Positions 1 through 8,924 of a DNA stretch of 64,000 bases are shown here, piece after piece. Made by a program: the position numbers and the translations under genes. Every line of letters begins with the position of its first letter. The first letter of the stretch is position 1. Origin of the DNA: Rickettsiales bacterium (GTDB taxonomy: Bacteria; Pseudomonadota; Alphaproteobacteria; Rickettsiales; CANDYO01); NCBI GenBank assembly GCA_965228885.1, contig OZ245841.1:1332264-1396263 (forward strand), in the 5' to 3' direction. The notes under the pieces are model-generated. The model saw only the letters and a program-made list of their open reading frames with translations, ran no database searches and was not told where the DNA came from.

Positions 1-185
1 TAGCTGAAGGGTTGGCGGATTTATACCCTCGCTTTGGTAGAACAATGGAATGGGATACAGCAGCAGCTCATGCAATACTAAATGCAGCTGGAGGAAGCAT
101 AAAAGATTCAGATGGAAAAAATTTAAGTTATGGCCATTTTGAAAAAGAATACTCTAATCCAGAATTTATAGCTTCTTCAAGCTAA
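1..185 (+). CDS. 3' end of an inositol monophosphatase/CysQ-family (3'(2'),5'-bisphosphate nucleotidase-like) gene; 5' end lies outside the window
   Basis: Frame 3 reads [60 protein letters not shown] then TAA at 183-185. The WDTAA(A/G)HAIL motif is typical of the IMPase/CysQ C-terminus. Confidence 0.6.
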   Translation, partial: AEGLADLYPRFGRTMEWDTAAAHAILNAAGGSIKDSDGKNLSYGHFEKEYSNPEFIASSS

Positions 186-247
186 AGCATTGCTTCTTCC
201 TTTATTCTTTATATAATGAATAAAAATTTTATAAGAGTATCATTTAT

Positions 248-661
248 ATGAGAGGACAAGCAAAAACTGTAAAAACACTTAAATTAACTGGCAATATTTA
301 CTTATTGCATAGAGACGATGCAGAAATTGAAAAAGCTCAAGTGGGTGATGTATATCTTTACCTTAACAATGAGGAAGATCTTTATGCCCTAATTATGAAT
401 AATTACAATATAAAGGGCTATAAGGGATATTTCAAAGCTAAAGTTTATGATGGTTACAACTGGTGTTTATTAAATGTTTTAGACTTTTTTGAAGATCGCA
501 TCCATCAATTTGGTAAAAATGAAATTTGTCTTTATAGATATAATTTATGCCAGGAAAGATTAATGGAAGAAGCAGGTATCACTATTTATCGTACCTACCG
601 CGAGCATTACACAACTCAAGAGCCCGTATTCTCAGAAAAATATAAAGGCAAAAAAAAATAA
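248..661 (+). CDS. hypothetical protein (137 aa)
   Basis: Clean ORF with no recognisable motif. Lys-rich C-terminus. Confidence 0.45.
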   Translation: MRGQAKTVKTLKLTGNIYLLHRDDAEIEKAQVGDVYLYLNNEEDLYALIMNNYNIKGYKGYFKAKVYDGYNWCLLNVLDFFEDRIHQFGKNEICLYRYNLCQERLMEEAGITIYRTYREHYTTQEPVFSEKYKGKKK

Positions 662-760
662 AGCAAAATAATAAACTTTAATCTGAAGATGAATTCACAC
701 TTGCTTAAAACGCTGTAAATCTTTATCTTATTTAAAACTAAATTATTTGATCTATAAATA

Positions 761-2647
761 ATGCCAATAACCAAAAAAGATCTTTTACATAAAATAGACA
801 GCCCTAAGGATTTGCGCAAGCTTAATACACTTCAATTACCTCAAGTTTGCCAAGAGCTACGCCAAGAAACTATTGAAGCAGTATCACATACAGGTGGGCA
901 TTTAGGGGCCGGTTTAGGAGTGGTAGAAATAACTGTAGCTCTGCATTATGTATTTAACACTCCACATGATAGATTAGTTTGGGACATTGGCCATCAAGCA
1001 TATCCCCATAAAATTCTTACCAACAGACGCAAGAAAATGCTCAGCATGCGTCAAGAAGGTGGTTTATCTGGATTCACTAAAAGACTAGAGAGTGAATATG
1101 ATTGTTTCATTGGTGGGCATGGTGCGACCTCCATCTCTTCTTCCTTAGGTATGGCACTAGCAAGAGATTTACAAAAAGAAAAAAGGGAAGTAATTGCAGT
1201 TATTGGAGATGGAGCAATGACAGCAGGAATGGCTTATGAAGCAATGAATAATGCTGGAGATTTAGGAAGCCGTTTAATTTTAGTGCTCAATGACAATAGA
1301 ATGTCTATAGCACCTGCCACCGGTGCATTAACAACTTATCTAACAAAACTAATCTCCTCTAAACCATATTTATCTTTCCGCGATACAAGTAAAAAGATTT
1401 TAAAATTATTCCCAAACCCAATCAGAACTATTATGAAGAAGTTTGAGAGGAATACTAAAGATCTAATCAATGATGGTAATTTCTTCGAGGAAATGGGATT
1501 TTATTACTTAGGCCCCATTAATGGTCATAATGTTGAAGAAATGGTGTCACTGCTAGAAAACATTAAAAATGACCATAGCATCAATAAACCTATTCTGCTC
1601 CATGTAGTTACAGAAAAAGGAAAAGGATTCTCATCTGAGAAATCATGCCAAGAGAAATATCATGCAGTAGGCAAGTTTGATTTAAACACTGGAAAACAAA
1701 AAAAATCTTCTAGTGAAACTCCCTCTTATACTAAGGTATTTTCAGATTGTTTATTAAACCTAGCTAAAAAAGATAAAAAAATTGTAGCTATCACAGCAGC
1801 AATGCCTTCAGGAACCGGACTTCAACAATTCTCGGAAGTTTTTCCAAATAGAATGTTTGATGTAGGAATGGCAGAGCAGCATGCAGTAACTTTTGCAGCT
1901 GGTCTTGCTTGTGATGGAATAAAGCCATTTCTGGCACTTTATTCCACTTTCCTACAAAGAGCTTATGATCAAGTTATAAATGACGTAGCCTTACAATGCC
2001 TACCTGTTCGTTTTGTTATAGACAGAGCTGGATATGTTGGCGCAGATGGCCCTACTCATGCTGGTTCATATGACATAACTTATTTATGTGCATTACCTAA
2101 CTTTATAGTTATGTGTCCAAGTGATGAAGCAGAGCTGGCTCTAATGCTAAAAACTTCTTTATCTATAGAAAATGCTCCATCAGCTGTACGATTCCCAAGA
2201 GGTGAAGCTGTGGGTGTCAAAATACCAAAAGAATTAGATGCTCTCCCTATAGGAAAGGGAAAAATAATTCAAAAAGGAAATAATATTGCCATATTATCCT
2301 TAGGTACTAGACTCCAAGAAGCTAAAAAAGCTGGACAATCTTTTAAAGATAAATATAACTTTGATATCACAATTGCCGATGCAAGATTTGCAAAACCTCT
2401 GGATAAGGAAATGATTCTTGAGCTGGCAAAAAAGCATAAGTTTTTAATAACCATCGAAGAAGGTTCGATAGGCGGATTTGCTTCTCATGTGAATGATTTA
2501 CTTATCAATAAAAATATTGAAATAAAAAATCTATTTTATCCAGATATATTTATGGATCAAGGCACTCAAGATTCAATGCATGAGAAAGCAAAACTAAATT
2601 CAGAACATATCTTCAAAGAACTATCAAAATATATGAAAGATAAATAA
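761..2647 (+). CDS. dxs: 1-deoxy-D-xylulose-5-phosphate synthase
   Basis: 628 aa. Motifs GGHLGAGLGVVE, WDIGHQAYPHKILT, GDGAMTAGMAYEAMN and MFDVGMAEQHAVTFAAGLA are typical Dxs thiamine-diphosphate motifs. Confidence 0.92.
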   Translation: MPITKKDLLHKIDSPKDLRKLNTLQLPQVCQELRQETIEAVSHTGGHLGAGLGVVEITVALHYVFNTPHDRLVWDIGHQAYPHKILTNRRKKMLSMRQEGGLSGFTKRLESEYDCFIGGHGATSISSSLGMALARDLQKEKREVIAVIGDGAMTAGMAYEAMNNAGDLGSRLILVLNDNRMSIAPATGALTTYLTKLISSKPYLSFRDTSKKILKLFPNPIRTIMKKFERNTKDLINDGNFFEEMGFYYLGPINGHNVEEMVSLLENIKNDHSINKPILLHVVTEKGKGFSSEKSCQEKYHAVGKFDLNTGKQKKSSSETPSYTKVFSDCLLNLAKKDKKIVAITAAMPSGTGLQQFSEVFPNRMFDVGMAEQHAVTFAAGLACDGIKPFLALYSTFLQRAYDQVINDVALQCLPVRFVIDRAGYVGADGPTHAGSYDITYLCALPNFIVMCPSDEAELALMLKTSLSIENAPSAVRFPRGEAVGVKIPKELDALPIGKGKIIQKGNNIAILSLGTRLQEAKKAGQSFKDKYNFDITIADARFAKPLDKEMILELAKKHKFLITIEEGSIGGFASHVNDLLINKNIEIKNLFYPDIFMDQGTQDSMHEKAKLNSEHIFKELSKYMKDK

Positions 2648-2649
2648 GA

Positions 2650-2832
2650 ATGAAATACAAAGAAACTCTCAAACACAGACCAAAAACACCCAAGCCATTA
2701 CCAAAAGAAAACACCCCCTGTAATCAATCTGATTCTGATCAAATTACTTTAGAAGAAGTGGGAGATTCTTCCCCTTCTGCTGATACTTTATACATGGGTG
2801 ATATTATACTGATTGAAGATTCCAACGCATGA
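2650..2832 (+). CDS. small hypothetical protein (60 aa), basic N-terminus and acidic C-terminus
   Basis: ATG lies 2 nt after the dxs stop. Its stop overlaps the next ORF's start (ATGA). No family recognised. Confidence 0.35.
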   Translation: MKYKETLKHRPKTPKPLPKENTPCNQSDSDQITLEEVGDSSPSADTLYMGDIILIEDSNA

Positions 2833-3071
2833 GTATTAATTTAGAACCATATCTCATAATTACTATTATAGAAGGTCATTCACTCCCTAGAGGAAGAGCA
2901 AGATCTCATGCAGTTAGTTTTGATACAGAAGAAGATATTGCAGCTTTTCTAAACAATTCACCTACCAGTAACAACTCTACGGATGAAGAAAGCAATGCAG
3001 AAGAACTACCAACAACTAATACCGAAGATGGTAATCTCTGGTTAAATTGGGAGTATGATGCATCTAGTTAA
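2829..3071 (+). CDS. small hypothetical acidic/Ser-Thr-Asn-rich protein (80 aa)
   Basis: ATGA overlap with the previous ORF. Low-complexity acidic tail. No family recognised. Confidence 0.35.
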   Translation: MSINLEPYLIITIIEGHSLPRGRARSHAVSFDTEEDIAAFLNNSPTSNNSTDEESNAEELPTTNTEDGNLWLNWEYDASS

Positions 3072-3095
3072 AAAAACTTTAGTAACTTCAATTCG

Positions 3096-3887
3096 CTAAA
3101 TTTCTTCAGGGAAAACAAAAGTACCATTCTCTAGTAATATTATGCTATGAGAATTTTGTATGTCTTCTGCTCCATCGAATATAATGGCTGAATTACCACC
3201 ACCAAATTCGTCATCGGGATCACCACCTGGTTGATGGTAAAACGGCAAGAAACCACTACCATAAGCAAGATTAAATAAAGAGCTTAACTGAAAAACATCT
3301 CCTAATAAATCATAAATAGACTCAATTATGCTTTCTTTGGCAAAGATATCTAATTTTTTACTACTCGATAATAACTCACTTATAATATCAGTTATATCCT
3401 CATCCACTGGCAATTCTAGTTTTTTCATTTTGCTTGATTCTATATCTCCAATTGCCCGAAAATGTTCAGTTGGTATTTGAGCAAAAGATACTTGTTCTGA
3501 GCCATCTCCAAAAAAATTTTCATTCAAACATATACAAGCCAACAAATAAGATTCTTGCTCAGAAGATAATGCATCTCCACATTGCTCATATATAAATTTT
3601 AAAATATCCCTCTGAGGAGTTCTATTACTTATTGCTATCTCAAGAGGAATCTGACCCTGAGAGTTTTTTGAATGAAGGTCACAACCTAACTCAACAAGTT
3701 TTTTAACTGTGGCTAATCTAATATCACTGCTGCTAAGAGCTATATGTAAAGCAGTAGAACCATTATCATCAAATGTTGCAGTGGAAACTGGATACTCTTC
3801 ACCTACCAAGGCATTTAATTCATTTAAATCATTATTTTCTATAGCTTGAAAAAATCTATTTCTGGAAACCTCATCAAATTCTGGCAT
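3096..3887 (-). CDS. ankyrin-repeat protein (263 aa)
   Basis: ANK-like repeats (NGSTALHIALSS...VKKLVELGCDLHSKNSQGQIPLEIAI) are followed by a non-repeat acidic C-terminal region. Confidence 0.7.
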   Translation of the reverse strand: MPEFDEVSRNRFFQAIENNDLNELNALVGEEYPVSTATFDDNGSTALHIALSSSDIRLATVKKLVELGCDLHSKNSQGQIPLEIAISNRTPQRDILKFIYEQCGDALSSEQESYLLACICLNENFFGDGSEQVSFAQIPTEHFRAIGDIESSKMKKLELPVDEDITDIISELLSSSKKLDIFAKESIIESIYDLLGDVFQLSSLFNLAYGSGFLPFYHQPGGDPDDEFGGGNSAIIFDGAEDIQNSHSIILLENGTFVFPEEI

Positions 3888-3974
3888 AATAACCTCTCTA
3901 TGTTTAACACAACTCCTTCACAACAAATACTATATTAATAGCTAACGATTAAAAGAGTTAAATTTAAATGGATA

Positions 3975-4724
3975 TTAATTTAATTTTTCTATCACTTCTT
4001 TTGAAAGAGTGAAATTGCCGATAATATTTTGTACATCATCGCTATCTTCTACCGCTTCAATAAACTTATACAAAGTTTCAGCTTGCTCACTAGAAGATAC
4101 TTCAATGGTATTTTGTGGTTTCCATGAAAGCTTCACGGTTTTTGGATCACCAAATTTATTAACTAAATATTCGCGCACTTCGTTTAAATCATCAGGATTA
4201 GTTGTAACAACATACACTTCTTCTTCATTTATACAATCTTCAGCGCCAGCCTCCAGAACTTCTTCAAAGAATTTATCAAAATCACTCACCTCGGCATTAA
4301 ACTCTATAAGCCCTATTCTATCAAACATGAAACTCACGCTTCCTGCTTCCCCTAAAGCTCCGCCATGTTTGCTAAAACAAGATCTTACATCTGACGCAGT
4401 ACGATTGCGATTATCAGTTAAAGCCTCGATAATGAACGCAATACCACCACCTAAATATCCTTCATAGCGCATTTCTTCATAATTATCCCCTTCATGAGGA
4501 TTAGAGGCTCTTTTAATAGCCGAATCAATTTTATCTTTAGGTAAATTTTCAGCTCTTGCTGCAATGATAGCATTACGAAGCCTGGCATTCATAGCCGGAT
4601 CTGGCAAACCAGATTTAGCTGCAGTAATAATTTCTCTAGTTAGTTTGGTAAAAATCTTAGCCCGCTTTTTATCTTGAGCACCTTTTCTATGCTTAATATT
4701 AGCAAATTGCGAATGTCCTGCCAT
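3975..4724 (-). CDS. yebC: YebC/PmpR-family DNA-binding transcriptional regulator
   Basis: 249 aa. The N-terminus MAGHSQFANIKHRKGAQDKKRAKIFTKL is the family signature. Confidence 0.9.
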   Translation of the reverse strand: MAGHSQFANIKHRKGAQDKKRAKIFTKLTREIITAAKSGLPDPAMNARLRNAIIAARAENLPKDKIDSAIKRASNPHEGDNYEEMRYEGYLGGGIAFIIEALTDNRNRTASDVRSCFSKHGGALGEAGSVSFMFDRIGLIEFNAEVSDFDKFFEEVLEAGAEDCINEEEVYVVTTNPDDLNEVREYLVNKFGDPKTVKLSWKPQNTIEVSSSEQAETLYKFIEAVEDSDDVQNIIGNFTLSKEVIEKLN

Positions 4725-4862
4725 TATGATATTTCTCCTTCAGTAATTTTATGGCAAACATAATGCCATAATAAGCTTACGATGTCAGCATTTTTATTGT
4801 AGTTCTTTATCTATATATGCTATTATTTAGCTAATAAACTTAAGTAAAAAAATAATAAAGCA

Positions 4863-5657
4863 ATGATCAAAATATCCACTTGGAACGTCAATTCAATTAA
4901 CGCAAGACTTGATAATGTATTAAATTGGCTTAAAGAAGAGAAACCAGACATAGTTTTACTGCAAGAACTAAAATGCACAAATGATAAATTCCCTAGTCAA
5001 GAGATTGAAGATTTAGGCTATAACATAGCTGTTCATGGACAAAAAACTTACAACGGAGTGGCTATTCTATCTAAATATCCACTAAGTGATGTTATGACCA
5101 ACTTTGAAAATAATCCAGTAAGCGATGAAGCTAGATATATTGAGGCCATAGTTAACTTTAAAACCTGCGCTATTACTGTGGCATCTGTTTATGTTCCAAA
5201 TGGTCAAGACCTTCATTCAGATAAATACCCAATAAAGCTAGAGTTTTTAAAACAACTTGGCGAACATTATAAAAGAATATTAAACAACCCTGAAACTCTT
5301 ATAGTCGGTGGAGATTTTAATATAGCTCTAACAGATAAAGATATCTATGATCCTGAGGAATTAGATGGAAACATTCTATTTAGCGATGAAGAGAAAAGAG
5401 CTTTGCGTCAATTTATGTCAAGCGGATTGACTGACTCATATAGAATGCACCATACAGAGGAAAAATCTAATTGCTATACTTGGTGGGATTATAGAGCTAA
5501 TTCATTCAACCTAAATAATGGCATGAGAATTGATTATATTTTTACTTCTCCAGAGGCTACTCAAATTAATACAGACTGTTACACCTCAAAAGAATGTAGA
5601 GCTAAAGAAAAACCATCTGATCATATTCCGGTTACTTCCGTTTTTGATATAAGCTGA
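4863..5657 (+). CDS. xth: exodeoxyribonuclease III
   Basis: 264 aa. Motifs WNVNSINARL, LQELK, RIDYIF and SDHIPV are typical of the ExoIII/APE1 family. Confidence 0.9.
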   Translation: MIKISTWNVNSINARLDNVLNWLKEEKPDIVLLQELKCTNDKFPSQEIEDLGYNIAVHGQKTYNGVAILSKYPLSDVMTNFENNPVSDEARYIEAIVNFKTCAITVASVYVPNGQDLHSDKYPIKLEFLKQLGEHYKRILNNPETLIVGGDFNIALTDKDIYDPEELDGNILFSDEEKRALRQFMSSGLTDSYRMHHTEEKSNCYTWWDYRANSFNLNNGMRIDYIFTSPEATQINTDCYTSKECRAKEKPSDHIPVTSVFDIS

Positions 5658-5680
5658 CATCTTTCAGTTACCCAGAGATT

Positions 5681-5907
5681 TCGTCATTGCAAACTCTGCT
5701 TCCCCTCTTCGTCATTGCGAACTCTGCTTCCCCTCTTCGTCATTGCGAACTCTGCTTCCCCTCTTCGTCATTGCGAACTCTGCTTCCCCTCTCGTCATTG
5801 CGAACTCTGCTTCCCCTCTCGTCATTGCGAGCGCTTTTTTAAAGCGCGTGGCAATCGCCTTCCTTCTTTGATAGATTGCTTCGTCGCCCATGCTCCTCGC
5901 AATGACG
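5681..5907. repeat. composite palindromic (MITE/REP-like) element, copy 1: five 27-28 nt left-arm tandem units plus an 89-nt core
   Basis: Units TCGTCATTGCGAACTCTGCTTCCCCTCT occupy 5681-5818. The core at 5819-5907 has terminal inverted repeats CGTCATTGCGAG/CTCGCAATGACG and internal hairpins GCGC-T6A3-GCGC and GCAATC-N17-GATTGC. Confidence 0.9.
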
Positions 5908-5994
5908 TGAAATATAATATAAAATTCTCTTTGAAGAATAAAGTTTTTAGTCCCGGTGATTGTTTAGCCCTTCCATCACCAAAGAATATTTGTC

Positions 5995-6216
5995 TATTGC
6001 GAACTCTGCTTCCCCTCTTCGTCATTGCGAACTCTGCTTCCCCTCTTCGTCATTGCGAACTCTGCTTCCCCTCTCGTCATTGCGAGCGCTTTTTTAAAGC
6101 GCGTGGCAATCGCCTTCCTTCTTTGATAGATTGCTTCGTCGCCCATGCTCCTCGCAATGACGGAGGATATAACGCTCCTCGCAATGACGGAGGATATAAC
6201 GCTCCTCGCAATGATG
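5995..6216. repeat. composite palindromic element, copy 2: about 3 left-arm units, an identical 89-nt core, and 2.5 right-arm 27-nt units
   Basis: The core at 6074-6162 looks identical to 5819-5907. The right-arm units GCTCCTCGCAATGACGGAGGATATAAC occupy 6147-6216. Confidence 0.9.
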
Positions 6217-6426
6217 GCAGATACCAAAACTCCTAGCTTGTAAAAAGCCTTGATAGATTTTCAATCGTCAATCTAAAGACCACCTAGTTCGTTAACAAAT
6301 TTTATAAAAAAGATAGAAGTGTTATTCCTAACAAAGATTGAGAAAATCTAATTCATTAATTTTTTTCTAGAGATTTAAAGCATATTAGATTATAAATAGT
6401 TATAACAAACACAGGAACTGTAATTT

Positions 6427-7146
6427 ATGCCCAATAATAGATCTTCTTCAATATTGCAGCTTGAGCATATTAATATAGATCATCTTGCTATTCCAAAAGC
6501 TTTAGTCTTTGATCTAGATTTAACCATTCATGACGTAATGTCTCATTATGATACTGCAGTTAATCAAACCCTACTTCATTTTGGTTTTAAAGAGCTTTCT
6601 AATGATAAACTAATAGAATTAGGAAGAAGCAGTTTCACCAGCTCTAGAAATTTATTTGCAGAAATTGTCCCTGAAAACTTAGTAGAAGAAGCTCTAGAAT
6701 ATTATTATGATCATTTTTTAAGCAATGAAGTGCCAGCAGAAGCCATCCTTCCTGGAGCTAAAGAATTATTACAACTAGTAAAAGAGAGGTTTAAACTCCC
6801 TATTATAGCAGTTACTAATTCAGAAGAGCATATGGCAAAAAAAGTTCTAAATGATTTAAAAATCAATAATTTATTTGATTATGTTATTGGTATAAAAGAA
6901 GATGAATCTTTTAAGAAACCCAATCCTCAAATGCTTCTAATGGCATTAAAAGCTATGAATTTAACCCCAGGACCTCATATATGGTTTATAGGCGATATGC
7001 CAAGTGATGTAGAATGCGCTAAACAAGCTAATAACTGCACTGCCATTCGTTATTACACCCATGAAGAGCCTGAAGATCTAAAAGCTGATCTTTTTATCAA
7101 TAGCCATTATAATTTATTTAACATAATTAGCAGTAAATTAGGGTGA
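6427..7146 (+). CDS. HAD-superfamily hydrolase (phosphoglycolate phosphatase-like)
   Basis: Motifs LVFDLDLTIHD (DxD motif I), AVTNS (motif II) and K...GDMPSDVECA (motifs III/IV). Confidence 0.65.
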   Translation: MPNNRSSSILQLEHINIDHLAIPKALVFDLDLTIHDVMSHYDTAVNQTLLHFGFKELSNDKLIELGRSSFTSSRNLFAEIVPENLVEEALEYYYDHFLSNEVPAEAILPGAKELLQLVKERFKLPIIAVTNSEEHMAKKVLNDLKINNLFDYVIGIKEDESFKKPNPQMLLMALKAMNLTPGPHIWFIGDMPSDVECAKQANNCTAIRYYTHEEPEDLKADLFINSHYNLFNIISSKLG

Positions 7147-7847
7147 TTAAATCTTTACTCAATCTATTATTTCCTAATAAATGCATAATTTGCGATAGTT
7201 ATGCAAGCCAAAATAAAATATGTGGAGAATGCTGGGGAAATTGTAGTTTCATTACTAAACCATATTGCGCCTTATGTTCCCATCCTTTTGAATATGATAA
7301 TGATGAAACCTCAATTTGTGGACATTGCATTGCCAATAAACCCAAATATGATAAAGCAATTTCTGTCTTTAAGTATGATAAATACAGCAAGGAAATAATC
7401 CATAAATTTAAATATAACGACCATCTTCACATCTTGGATTATTTTATTGGTTTAATGCTTAATATGGGCAAAGAAGTTATCCAACAATCTGATGTTATAG
7501 TTCCTGTTCCTATGCATAAATATAAGTTACTGAAACGAGGATATAACCAGTCCGCTTTGCTTGCTATGAAACTCTCATCGAAATCTAAGATTAAATATTT
7601 ACCTCACGCCCTTGTTAAAGCAAAGAATACCACTCCTCAAGCAGACTTAAAGAAAGATGATAGAATAAAAAATGTTAAAAACAGCTTTAAACTGAACTCA
7701 AAATTCCAAGAATCCTTAAAGGGAAAGAATATTCTTTTAATAGATGATGTGGTAACCACAGGTGCAACAATCTCTGAATGCTGCAAAACTCTTCGAAAAG
7801 CTACCCCTAAAAAGATTTTTGTTTTAAGCTTGGCTAAGAGAGTATAA
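7143..7847 (+). CDS. comF: ComF-family phosphoribosyltransferase-domain protein
   Basis: N-terminal Cys clusters (CxxC...CxxC...CALC...CGHC) and a C-terminal PRTase motif ILLIDDVVTTGATI. ATGA/GTGA-type overlap with the upstream HAD gene. Confidence 0.8.
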   Translation: MIKSLLNLLFPNKCIICDSYASQNKICGECWGNCSFITKPYCALCSHPFEYDNDETSICGHCIANKPKYDKAISVFKYDKYSKEIIHKFKYNDHLHILDYFIGLMLNMGKEVIQQSDVIVPVPMHKYKLLKRGYNQSALLAMKLSSKSKIKYLPHALVKAKNTTPQADLKKDDRIKNVKNSFKLNSKFQESLKGKNILLIDDVVTTGATISECCKTLRKATPKKIFVLSLAKRV

Positions 7848-7934
7848 ATAAAAATGATAATTTATAGTTAATTATTGGTAATTATAACCAATTATTGCTA
7901 CAATAAAAACTTATAATATAAAAACTATATAATT

Positions 7935-8924
7935 ATGAAAGAACAAAAAGTTGATCAAGCACAAGAATTTGATTTAGATAAAAAAATAAGAACTCTTAAA
8001 CAAGCTGTATATGGAGTATCCATATCTAATAAAGATTTAGATAAAAAATCTAAAAAACTTGATAAATATATAGAAAAACTAGATGGATATTTAGCAGAAG
8101 ATGGAGATAGTTTCTTACATGCAACCCCTTTTGGCGATAAAAATGGCTGCGTTATTGTAACTAAAAACAAGGTTATGGTTTGTTATCATGGAACAAAATT
8201 TGAAGACTATTTCTCCTCAGATGCAGATGATAAAAAAAGAGCCAGACGGGAAATGGATAACAATCTTTTAACTTCTCCAGCAAAAATGAATTTTGGAGAT
8301 AAAGAAGTAGATGTCCATAAAGGATATAAAAATGAATACGAACAATCTAAAAACAACATGCTTAAGATCCTTAATGGAGCTCTAGAGCACCCAAATGATC
8401 AAAAACCCATAGAATTCAATGGTCATAGCCTTGGAGGTGCGGTTGCCACTATTGCAGCTTTAGATTTTGTATGCTCTAATTCTAATATTGATGTAAATAG
8501 AGTTTCAGTAAATTCTTTTGGGGCACCAAAATTTTTCTCAAGTGGCGCTAAAGAATTATGTAAAGAAAAAGGCTTAGAGAACAAAATTACTAGAGTAGCA
8601 CAATATCTAGACCCTGTAGTAAATTTTCCACGGAATGGAAAATACGAGCATGTTGGAAAAGAAATATCTCTTGTGGGAGCGGCCACTCTTCATAGCACCA
8701 ATACTTATCGTAAAATTGCAGACAAGAAACTTGCCCCAAAACATATTGACCCAAGTCTTAGTGGATATCGTAAGTTAGTTGAAAAACTAAACACAGCTAT
8801 GATTGGATTATCACAATCTATAAAAAGACAAGTTAATAAACTTAGAGGCTGCACAGCAAAAGAACAATATCAATCTATAAATACTTCTTCTAAAACAAAA
8901 GAAGGTAATGTTAGATCTCACTAA
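7935..8924 (+). CDS. class-3 (Lipase_3 family) lipase/phospholipase-like protein with an N-terminal Lys-rich coiled-coil region
   Basis: Nucleophile elbow FNGHSLGGAVATIAALDF, then SFGAPKF, then LDPVVNFP and HVG, in the order expected for Lipase_3 Ser-Asp-His. Confidence 0.7.
   Translation: MKEQKVDQAQEFDLDKKIRTLKQAVYGVSISNKDLDKKSKKLDKYIEKLDGYLAEDGDSFLHATPFGDKNGCVIVTKNKVMVCYHGTKFEDYFSSDADDKKRARREMDNNLLTSPAKMNFGDKEVDVHKGYKNEYEQSKNNMLKILNGALEHPNDQKPIEFNGHSLGGAVATIAALDFVCSNSNIDVNRVSVNSFGAPKFFSSGAKELCKEKGLENKITRVAQYLDPVVNFPRNGKYEHVGKEISLVGAATLHSTNTYRKIADKKLAPKHIDPSLSGYRKLVEKLNTAMIGLSQSIKRQVNKLRGCTAKEQYQSINTSSKTKEGNVRSH

Noticed and set aside
4009-4467. The 152-aa ORF antisense to yebC, and the similar 153-aa ORF at 41646..42107 antisense to typA.
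   Set aside because: They are fully embedded opposite strongly conserved genes and have Ser/Leu/Thr-rich composition typical of antisense frames. No motifs are present.
5681-5818. A CRISPR array was suggested by the regularly spaced 27-28 nt direct repeats.
   Set aside because: The units are directly abutting with no unique spacers. They are copies of the inverted-repeat arm of the adjacent palindromic core, and no cas genes are present. This is a tandem repeat, not CRISPR.
5715-6236. The 173-aa ORF and the antisense ORFs at 5822..6025 and 5994..6227, with similar ORFs at 17269..17454 and 24211..24414.
   Set aside because: They lie entirely within the palindromic and tandem repeat elements. 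Their 'protein' sequences are simply the repeated units read in frame (HCELCFPSR..., APRNDGGYN...). They have no Shine-Dalgarno sequence and no independent coding signal.
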